Below are positions 11,777-21,625 of a DNA stretch of 36,241 bases, one piece after another (position 1 is the first letter of the stretch; every line of letters begins with the position of its first letter). A program made the position numbers and the translations under genes. The DNA comes from Nemertoderma westbladi (Eukaryota > Animalia > Xenacoelomorpha): positions 1 to 36,241 of the forward strand of contig JAUCBJ010006890.1 of NCBI GenBank assembly GCA_032718475.1, given 5' to 3'. The notes beneath the pieces were generated by a model. That model had not been told where the DNA came from. It made no database searches and worked only from the letters and a program-made list of their open reading frames with translations.

Positions 11777-12456
11777 TTTTCTTACTGCTGGCCTGGTCGG
11801 ATTTTTCAATTTATTATTCTCTTGTTTTTCTAGCATTCTGTGTTTATTGCAAATGTGTTGTTGCAGAGGAACTGTCAAATGTAACGAAATAAAGGATAAA
11901 GCTTGTTGTTTTTTAAACATATATCCGACTTAAATTTCCAAATTTCAGCTCACATTCTTGAATGGTGAGATTGCTGCCGAATGGTCCGCGTCCGTTGAAA
12001 AATGTGTTTCGCTAAAGAATTCTACCATTCGCTAACTTTCGCAAGATGAAAAAGCGGTAGCGTTCCCACTTAATTATTATCATCTCTACAGTATTACCGA
12101 ATGTAAATAATGGTATTCGATAATGGTAGCAAATTGATTTATCGCCTTACTAACTGACTAAAATAATAATTTTTCACTATAATTTTAACAGGAAATCACT
12201 AAAATATTCAGTTTCCACTAAAATCTATTAATTAACATTAAATCTATTAATTATAAATTATTGCTAAAATGTGGGAAAGGGCATGTTACAGTGCCACTAA
12301 TAATGAAGGGATTTTATTACAATAGGCCGTAACAGATTTTGATGAAAATATATTTTAGTGATAATTAAATTGAGTGGAGGAAATATATATTTCATAACGA
12401 AATTTACTGGAAAACAGGAGTTGTTTTAGTGACCAATAAAATTAATGGGTTTTAAT

Positions 12457-12553
12457 CAAGGTGTAGGCCTACTAAATAACTTAACAATAAATAAATAATT
12501 TATTATAATTCTAAATAATAAATAATTCTAAATAACTTATTTAGTACACCTTG
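12457..12553. mobile_element. 97-bp MITE with CAAGG termini and 8-bp TSD (P-element- or hAT-like)
   Basis: TIR caaggtgta[ggccta]ctaaataa / ttatttagtacaccttg. TSD GTTTTAAT at 12449-12456 and 12554-12561. Confidence 0.8.
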
Positions 12554-12761
12554 GTTTTAATGTAGACTACCAGTACAAGTAAAATCAGTAAACATAGAGA
12601 CATGCAGGGCATAGCTACCGACCTTAAGTTGAAACTGAAAGCTTTTTGATAAACATAAGTTAAAGTACCGGCACTGCTTCTAATAGGCTAGAACTAAGTT
12701 TAGTAACAGTTTATGAATACTGATATTTGTTAAGGGCTAGTTGAAACTAAGTTAAGTCAAT

Positions 12762-12870
12762 GCTCTTACTAAAATCAGTTGTTTTTAGTAACAGATAGCT
12801 CTTACTAAAATCAGTTGTTTTTAGTAACAGATAGCTCTTACTAAACATAGTTGCAGCTCTTACTAAAAGC
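12762..12870. repeat. Short ~36-bp tandem repeat (gctcttactaaaatcagttgtttttagtaacagata)
   Basis: Two full copies plus partial copies; the unit is internally palindromic (ttactaaaa..ttttagtaa). Confidence 0.7.
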
Positions 12871-14426
12871 TGTCACTAAGTAGCTGTAACTAATACTAAC
12901 TCTATGAATACCGCCCCAGATCATGGTCCCATTGCTGCATTGTCTGGAACACATTAGACAGTTAGATGCCAACACAAAAAACAGTAAGACAACAAATTTA
13001 CAAGGAATAAATTTCTAGAAAAACTAATATACTGTATGAACTTGATTAATACCGTACAGTACTGTCGTAATTGAATAAATATATATACAGTATATACAAA
13101 TTAAATGGTCAAATCAATAATTGAATAACTTCATTTTTATTTTTTATAGGCCTACTTAAATAATATTTACCTCAAATAAAGCTAGGGCTAAACACAAAAT
13201 AATTAGGATGGGGAATCAATATAACACCTCCCCCCTCTCGGAAACTAACGCTACTAACTAAAAGACTAACTGAAACGAACTAAAAGGAATTCATATAAAA
13301 TAAGCTAGAAATTTTAGTCTTGTTTTTAGCGGCGGGTGCCAAATGTTGGTGCCAGCCCCAAATTTTGAAATATTTCAATTTTGTAAATTGATTAATTGAA
13401 GCTGTTTTTTCCGCAATAGAGGTTTTAGGCGTTCTAGTCTCGTTGGAATATATATGAATTGCACTAGGCATATCATCAACGTGGTATTTTTCGGTGCTGT
13501 GTGCAAAATTTGGTGCCAGCAAGAAATTTTGAAAATTTATTCAATAGTTCAATTGATTGTGACAACTCAGTCCTATCTTACATTTTAGAGGTTTAAGGGG
13601 GCTCTGAATTCAATGGAATTAATATTTATCTAACAACTATATATCTCAAACTTGTATTTTTCGGAAGTATGGGGTTTCTTGCGTTATACGGATTTGTGAG
13701 GGTTCTGAATTCAATGGAATATGTAAAAATTGCATATGAATTCTGAAACTTGTATTATTCGGCGGTGGGTGAAAATTTTCAACAACATCGTTTATTGTTT
13801 TGGTTAGAAATTGCCGCCGCTGTAACCTGCTCTTTTCCTTCAATTGGAATGGAAGGTAACAACATCGTTTATTGATTCCCACCTTCCCATCTTTCTTCAT
13901 CGTCTGGGTATAAACTCCGCTGTATCAGCGTGGCAATCAGGGCACTATGGGGCATGTTAAAGTGTTTCGCCATATTCGCAGTACAGCACTGTACAGGAGG
14001 TACTGTACCTCTTCCTGCCTTCCTTTTAGCGTAACAAACAAACAATAAATATTTTAAATGTAACATACTAATAAGTACAATATCATTATTTAATAATATT
14101 AATTATAATTAATATAAATAACTTTAACTATTAATATTGATAATTATTAACAAGAAAGATTACTAAAATATTGCAGCAAAGGCAGAAAGGCTGTATTGTT
14201 TGTAATAAATGATTAATGTTTCAACACCAACTAAATCTGCGAAGGTTGTTTACATCTGAAACTATCCATCTTTGCTGGGGCAATCACACAACTTTCATAC
14301 CCGCCATCCTTCATCCTACTGTATATCGCATTTTTAACATGCCTTTGCTGCATTGGCTGCATACCGGTATGCCTGATGGCCTACTGCTATGTCATATGAT
14401 GATACTGATACGTAACATGGCAACCT

Positions 14427-15362
14427 TAGAACATGCTGCTTCTAGTGTTGGTTTTATTAACTCCAGAAAGACCAAAATTTTGACAGTTAACTTTGAAAGT
14501 CCTCAGCAAGTCTCTGATCGGATGAGCATAAGCTCAAAGGATGGTATGCTTGAGCATGTGGACGACTTCTGTTACCTGGGATCATGGATCCGGAAGTCAG
14601 GTGAGGACCTTCGAATACGTAAGGGAAAGGCATGGGCAGCCTTGAATAGGCTTTCCAGGATTTGGAAGTCACCGAGAATTAATCGGAAACTTAAGGTCCG
14701 ATTATTTAGAGCAGCAGTAGTTCCAGTACTCCTCTACGGGAGTCCATAGCAAGCAAAAAAAGCAAACAGTCGGTCGAAGCCGGAGGCGACCCGAAGGCTC
14801 CTCTTTCGATAGCTGCTACCCGAGGGTAGGGGTGGGCGCTACTCCTATCCCAAGATTTGCTCCCAGTTATTTAACTGGTACTCATTTGGGTGTCCAGCAT
14901 GGACACGGGAGTCCATGCTGGGCTTTAACTGCTGAGGACACCAAATCTCTGGATGGCACATTCACAAGAATGCTACGCCGGGTTCATTGTGTCAAGTACA
15001 ATGCACACATCTCCAACCAGACACTATATAACATTGGAGGTGTCTCATTGGTTCCCCCAAGCTTGACACAAGAACAAAATCGCCTCCGCTTTGCAGGACA
15101 TTGCTTTCGCCGTGAGGACCAGCCAGTGCATAATCTTGTAGTTTGGCAGCCTCATGGAGTGAATAAGCATGGTGGACAGCCCATGACTTTCTTGAGACGC
15201 ATCTTAAAGGACACTGGCCTTGAAGATGCGGATGATCTAGCAAATGTCATGGGTGATAGGGAGTTGTGGCGGTGCAATTTTGTTGACAAGCCGGCACAGC
15301 ATTCTTAAAAATGCAGCTGCAATGCAGCATGCCGATACTAGTAGTAGTAGTACTGTAGTAGT
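14427..15362 (+). mobile_element. 5'-truncated RTE-clade LINE (copy 2), interrupted by a 157-bp insert
   Basis: Aligns to ~1166-1918. (TAG)n tail. 10-bp TSD ATGGCAACCT at 14417-14426 and 15363-15372. Confidence 0.9.
14748..14904 (-). mobile_element. 157-bp SINE-like retroposed insert within the RTE copy
   Basis: Absent from copy 1. 12-bp TSD ACGGGAGTCCAT at 14736-14747 and 14905-14916. The minus-strand 3' end is a simple-repeat tail (tttgctttttttgcttgct). SINE identity is inferred. Confidence 0.7.
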
Positions 15363-16275
15363 ATGGCAACCTGATCCCCTATTGGCTATTTACCTATATC
15401 TCTTTCTCCTGGTTGGTTATAGGACCAGATGCCGCCAGATCAGATCAGATCAGATAAGGAAAGACGTTTTATTCTACCTCCAAAATAATCGACAGAGATA
15501 ACAAGCGAAATCAACGTTACTTTGTTTCCCCTGCTCTGCCCTCCCCTCCCCTCCCCTTTATCCAGACCCACTCCCCCCGATTGATCAATGTCAGAGGTTG
15601 ACAGCACTAGCATCCGCTATTGTCACTGCACTTAAAATCATAGAAAAAAGAGAACTCAAAAAAATTTAATAAAGTTTCCTAAAATGCTTTGTTACCGGTA
15701 AAATTAATCAATTAATAATACCGGCAATAACATTTTATAATCATAATTGTATATGTGCTTAAACTGTGCTTGGCCCAATTGAAGGAAAATAAATAATAAT
15801 CTAATATAATCTGTATTACAGTCAAGGCGTACTACAGTATAGGCAAGGCGTACTACATGTACAGTATATGCAAGGCCATGCCATGCCATCGAGTTAACTG
15901 GGGGCGGTGACTGGGGGCAAGATTTTCTTAAGCTGTATACCTGTATAACAGAGATTTCCCTCTGTTATTACAATTTATGAATAAAATACGCTTTGGTAAG
16001 ACTGTATTAGTATTAGTAATTGTAATTAATGTATCTTATGTTAACTTTCAAATTATGATAAATAATTTCAATTATTATTACAATAATTCATAATTCAATA
16101 ATTATTACAAAAAGGCAGAGCGCCTTTTAGTTATTGTGTACAATAAATATTGCCAAATATTAATAAATTATATTACATTCAATTATGAAATGCAGCAATA
16201 ATTTTATCGCATTTTTTGGAATTGATACATTAATTCACCACGTTGGTTTTTATAAGAAAGATATGTAAAACTCTA

Positions 16276-16607
16276 GGCCCATGTGAAGAATACCAGAATT
16301 TCTACCGTTATATTTCACTTTGCAGTTACCCCCATGTGAAGAATACCAGAATTTCTACCGTTATATTTCACTTTGCAGTTATCCTCATGTGAAGAATACC
16401 AGGTTTTCACCAAAAACACAGGTTACAGAAGGGCTGAATTTAACCAAAACAATAAACGAATTAGTATATGTACAGGTTATAAGACAGAAATAAGCGCTAT
16501 AATACACTTAATAAAGATACATTAATAAAAAATAAAAAATCTTCATATATAAAATTCCAATAAAAAGTCGACCGAAAAGTGAAATCCTGGTATTCCTCAC
16601 ATGGGCG
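16276..16607. mobile_element. 332-bp MITE with 8-bp TSD and internal 53-bp direct repeats (Merlin- or hAT-like)
   Basis: TIR gcccatgtga(a/g)gaataccag(a/g)atttc at both ends. TSD AAACTCTA at 16268-16275 and 16608-16615. Confidence 0.8.
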
Positions 16608-17529
16608 AAACTCTAACTACAGTAGCAATTATACAGTTTCGCATTATTATCTCCTCTTGATGTCCCGGTGTCTTATACAGTTATAAGCCTAGTTAACTGA
16701 CCAAAGGGCATCATCCAAAAGATTGTTGTGTTTAAAAACTCTATACAACAATGCAAATGAAGTCTCAGTTCTTAGATAAACTGAGAATTCTAAACTTAAC
16801 TCAATTTGCGTCGGTTTTAAAGGTAAAATAAGGGTGAACAGAAATTAACAAATGAATGAAGACCGTTATTAACGTTCGAGTATTGTATATTAAGTGGCAG
16901 AGTGGATGAGGTGTATCACACTGGATAACAAATAGGCTAATAAATCTGTAAATAAAACCCGACAATTTTTGACCTGCTTCTACTGTATTAGTATATGAGT
17001 TCCTCGACTGAACCGAGAACGTCCTGACCTGAACTGAGTCTGAGAAGGCAACAAAAAGATCTATACTGGAAGATCTCCTCTCCTCAGCACTCGATCCAAT
17101 GGTTGGTCAGGGCGGCGGGTCCGGTGTTGGGACGACGCTCACAGGGAATGGTCAAACTGATGGCGGTACAGCGGGTCGAGGTTTACCCCGAGCCGTTACC
17201 ATCTCGACGTCATCCGGTCAATGTTTATAGAAATAACAGTATCAGTATAGTTAGCGTAAATTCTCTCCAGACTTTAACGCGGAACCGGAGATCCATACTG
17301 ATACTGCCATAGGGTGTTCGCGGATACCGCATCGGTGGTAGGCGGAAATACTTGAATACGGAGCACTGAGTAGGCCTACTCTCCACTCCAGTTTACTTGG
17401 CATTTCGGTATAGCGCACCACTTTTTCCCCATTTTAAATAATACTATCATTAAAAGAGAGAGAAACTCATGAATAAACAAACACTAGGTATTACTACAAT
17501 AATTATGTTATTGTCTGCTCAATCATGTT

Positions 17530-19085
17530 GGGACGAGTTCCATGGTGAATTATTATCAGCTTTTGACCGTTTTGTACCTAAGTTTACACCTACAGTAGTA
17601 GAAACCCCCGCAGGCACCCTCTGCACATCCGAAGACTGTTAGCTAGAAAGCGGCGCCTCTGGAGGAAAAGAACTTCAACTCCAAATGGCACCTCGATCTA
17701 TCGCGAACATAGTCAACGTTGTTCAGCAGCTATGCGGGAATTTTCTTGTAAACAGGAAGTTAATGTGCTAAATTGTGGTGACAGAAATGCATTTTATAAA
17801 TATGTTAATAAGAGAAAACAGGGTTATAGTTCAGTATCGCCCCTTCTAAAGTCAGATGGTACCACTGCTCTATCAGATTCTGATAAGGCCGAATGCCTCA
17901 GTGAACAATACTCCTCGGTTGGTGTTGATGATAACAAGTCATGCCCCACTGTAAACGCAATTACTGACTCTGTTTTCTCAGAAATTAATTTCTCTCCAAG
18001 TAAGGTGTGTAAAGCCCTAAGTAAACTGCCAGCTAAATATAGTCACTGCCCTGATGGCATCCCTGCGGCAATTCTTAAACAACTGAGATGTGAAATAGCA
18101 TATCCACTAAGTTATCTTTTCCAAGTTTCACTAGATACTGGAGAAGTACCAGATATTTGGAAATGTGCGGATATAATTCCGAGTTTTAAAAAAGGTAAAC
18201 GCAATATAGCTGGAAATTATCGCCCTATTTCACTGACCTCAGCAGTTTGCCGTTTATTTGAACGCATTTTGGTGCTAGAAATGGTTGATTATCTTTTACA
18301 GAATAACCTTTTATCTGCTCAACAATTTGGATTTTTACGTAACCGTAGTACGATTTTGCAGTTAATTGATTGTACTTTTCATTGGTCAAATAATTTAAAT
18401 AACCAGCAATTTACTGATATTGTATATATAGACTATGCTAAGGCATTTGATTCTGTCGTCACTACCAAATTATTAGAAAAAATGAAATCGTTTGGTATTT
18501 CTGGTAAAGTGCTTAGCTGGTTTAAATGCTTTTTAACCGGTCGTATCCAAAGGGTCAAGGTTCGTAATAGTTACTCATCCTACCGGAGAGTTATATCAGG
18601 GGTACCACAGGGGTCCTGTAGTGGGCCGCTGCTATTTCTTATGTTTGTCAATGATATGCCAGGTATATTTACAGAGGAGACCAGTGCTAGACTGTTCGCT
18701 GATGACACAAAATTATTTGCATCATTTGGTTATAGTGACGATCGTAACTTATTACAATCGAACCTGGATACATTTTCGAACTGGTCAAATATCTGGCAAC
18801 TTAACGTTGCAGGTGACAAATGCAAGGTGCTTACTTTAGGTAACTGTAATTGTGGTGCTAACTATAATATAAACATGAAGGTGTTAGAAAATGTTCTATC
18901 CTATCGTGATCTAGGTGTTGAAGTAGATACGAAACTTTATTTTAAGGACCACATAGATAATATAGTAGCCAAATGCTATAAAACAATTAATTTAATATTT
19001 AGATGCTTTGTTACCAATGATATCAGTGCTCTTCTATTTGCCTACAAAGTTTATGCTAGACCACTCGTAGAGTATGCATGGCTAC
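17530..19085 (+). mobile_element. CR1/L2-group LINE ORF2 fragment (reverse transcriptase), truncated at both ends
   Basis: ORF 17732-19099: PDGIPA, NYRPISLTS, QFGF, YIDYAKAFDSV, SGVPQGS, FADDTKL, RDLGV, YKVYARPLVEYA. Similarity breaks off at ~19080. Confidence 0.88.
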
Positions 19086-19118
19086 CCCATAAACTATAGT
19101 AACTGTATGAGATGGCAG

Positions 19119-19300
19119 AGTATCTCCGGGCCTGAGATAGTATCTCCGGGCCGGACTTAGTATCTCAGGGCCTGAGATAGTATCTCCGGGCCGGACTTAG
19201 TATCTCCGGGCCTGAGATAGTATCTCCGGGCCGGACTTAGTATCTCCGGGCCTGAGATAGTATCTCCGGGCCGGACTTAGAAAAAAATAGGGGCTCCGTA
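19119..19300. repeat. 20-bp palindromic tandem repeat with alternating A/B units, followed by a probable transposon end (aggggctccg|ta)
   Basis: agtatctccgggcctgagat alternates with agtatctccgggccggactt for 8 units. Confidence 0.8.
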
Positions 19301-20037
19301 CATAGCATAAGTCGACCAGCTGTATTACTGTTTATTTTAATGTGTTACCTCTACCTGTTTATGTTATATTTTAATGTGTACTTTCGCTGCTATGACCGTG
19401 ATGTCTCCGGACTCCGAATAATATAATATAATTACAGAATTGCTGATTTTTGGGTAGGCCTATTTACTTTTGACTGTAGTCTACCTAACAGTCAGATAGT
19501 GTCCTTGGGTGTTGGGATTGTAATTTCAGTAATTCAGTACGGTATTTATAAAATGACATTCTGAATGGGAAATGTTATCCCATAATTTAAAACTAACAAG
19601 ACACATTTCTTGCAATAATTAGGCCTACTAATACAGCCATACAAAGCGTACCTATTTTAGTCATAAATTGTAATAACATAAGGAAATCTCTGTTATAAAG
19701 CTTAAGAAAATCTTACCCCCAGTCACCGCCCCCAGTTAACTCGATGGCATGGCCTTGTACTGTATATATTACTGTATTACGCCTTGACTGACTGTCAGTC
19801 AGTTCAGCAGTTGTCAGGTTGTAGTGCTGTAGTGCAGCTGTAGTGAGATACAGCTGTACAGACTACAGTACAGCAGTAGGAGGCCTACCGGTAGGCTTAT
19901 CTGAATACAGACAGTGACAGACCGACTGAGATAGGCCTAGCCTTTGCCTTTATACAGTCATCATACTACACCGTACTGTCGTACTTCAGCACCGGTAGCG
20001 GTACAGGACATCAGCGTCAGCGAGATCGTCAGATCAT

Positions 20038-20095
20038 ATGATCATGACTGAATCAGTAACAGTGAAACTCGGAGGAGGTGATGCTAATGATAGCG
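20038..20095 (+). CDS. hnRNP D/AB/squid-like RNA-binding protein, putative coding exon 1 (MIMTESVTVKLGGGDANDS)
   Basis: ATGs at 20038 and 20044. Consensus donor G|gtgagt at 20096 (phase 1) matches the acceptor at 20536. Confidence 0.6.
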
Positions 20096-20535
20096 GTGAG
20101 TCTGGAGTTGGCGAGGTCTGTTATGTTGCCGTCTTCCGTCTTGTTGTTGTTGTTAGCGCCTGCTGAATTACTGTACCGTACATTGGTACATTGTGATTTT
20201 TAGTAAAAATACAGGTACTGGGTTGGGTACCTCGTCAGCTAGTGATTATTTCAGTATTCAGGTATTTGTCAGTATTCCTATTCACTATTCGCTACGGTAC
20301 CAGGCTGCCGGCTGGCCGGCGTACTGGACTACCTGTACTGCTACTGCATACTGCACTACTACAGCTCACCACGTTACTCACGTATTGCCGTAACACAATA
20401 ACGGTACTAAGTAGGCCTACTGTACTTACTGCGGTACGGTAGGCCTACCGCGTGCGCGTACTTACCGGTCAGCCGGTATATACAGATATGGGATATAGCC
20501 TATAATTCTATAATTTATTACTATTCTACTATTAG

Positions 20536-20765
20536 CGCCGCAGTGGAGTGGTTCCCGTAGCAACGCAGAGAACCCCAACTCGGATGTGGAGCATAGGAAA
20601 CTGTTTGTAGGGGCGTTGTCATGGGAGACGTCGGAGGAATCATTCCAGAAATACTTCGAACAATTCGGGCCGATCGAATCGTCCAAAGTAAAGTGCGACT
20701 TCCGAACGGGACGGGCGAGAGGGTACGGCTTCGTTGTGTTCCAGAATCCGGAGTCGATTAAAAAG
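20536..20765 (+). CDS. hnRNP D/AB/squid-like, exon 2 (RRM1)
   Basis: RNP2 KLFVGALSWET and RNP1 RGYGFVVF. Donor AAG|gtaggc, phase 0. Confidence 0.9.
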
Positions 20766-21159
20766 GTAGGCCTAAGTTAGTGGGTCACTATGATACGCAC
20801 GCAGAGTTACTACGACACACACTGTCAGACTGTACCACTGAGTTACTAGGACGCCTTAGTTACTATAACAGTATAAGGTATATACTGAGTTAGTATAATA
20901 CGAGTTGATGGCGTAAAATCAACTCAAACACCACTATGCATAGAGTGGAGAGCAGGAGATATAAGCAAATAGTTCAATAGATTGATGTAAAACATTAAGG
21001 GAAAGTAGCAGGTGGCAGTGGCGTTGTTTTCTAACCAAAGCAATAAACTAAACTTTATTTTACTTGCGGTCAATTATTTACACCCTTGTATGGTACGCAC
21101 TGAGACTGAGTTAATACGATACAATAGTTAGTAAACAGCCCGCCCCATTCCCGGTACAG

Positions 21160-21336
21160 GTGGTTGCCAAGTCAACGCATAGTCTGGATGGAAAACGGAT
21201 AGACCCCCGCCCTTCGGACCCCAGCATGGCTAACAAACACCCCCCTGACGGACGGATTCGGAAACTATTCGTTGGCGGAATATCCCCGGAAGAAAGCGAA
21301 CAGGAGGTCCGGGATTACTTCGGAAAGTTCGGAACG
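21160..21336 (+). CDS. hnRNP D/AB/squid-like, exon 3 (end of RRM1, start of RRM2)
   Basis: HSLDGKRIDP and KLFVGGISPE. Acceptor tacag|, donor ACG|gtaagc, phase 0/0. Confidence 0.9.
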
Positions 21337-21484
21337 GTAAGCGAATAATAATCCCGGAAGTAAATTTCGACGAGTTGCAAGTTATTGTACGATTCAATGA
21401 TAATAATAGACCTACTTTATAAACAAAATATAATGTATTTATTATTAATTTGTATAATAATTTGGATTTAATCTATTATTTTAG

Positions 21485-21625
21485 ATTTCTGAGTTTAATT
21501 GGCCCAAGTTAGTGCGGGATGATCGGACAGAAATTAATCGGCGTTATCTATTTGTTATATTTCAAGACCCTGATCCAGTTGAGGAGATAGCCCGAACTCA
21601 ATTCCATTACATAGGCAACAGTAAG
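21485..21625 (+). CDS. hnRNP D/AB/squid-like, exon 4 (RRM2: ISEFNWPK..RRYLFVIFQDPDPVEEIARTQFHYIGNSK)
   Basis: Not in the ORF track; translated by hand. Acceptor ttttag|, donor AAG|gtgggt, 141 nt, phase 0/0. FHYIGNSK|VEVKIA parallels hnRNP D YHNVGLSK|CEIKVA. Confidence 0.88.

Larger units (their letters stand above)
15819..19790. mobile_element. ~4-kb segment bounded by ~190-bp inverted repeats (long-TIR element or inverted duplication)
   Basis: 15819-~16012 matches the reverse complement of ~19625-19790 (cagtcaaggcgta..caaggccatgccatcgagttaactggggcggtgactggggg..). No clean TSD found. Confidence 0.65.
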
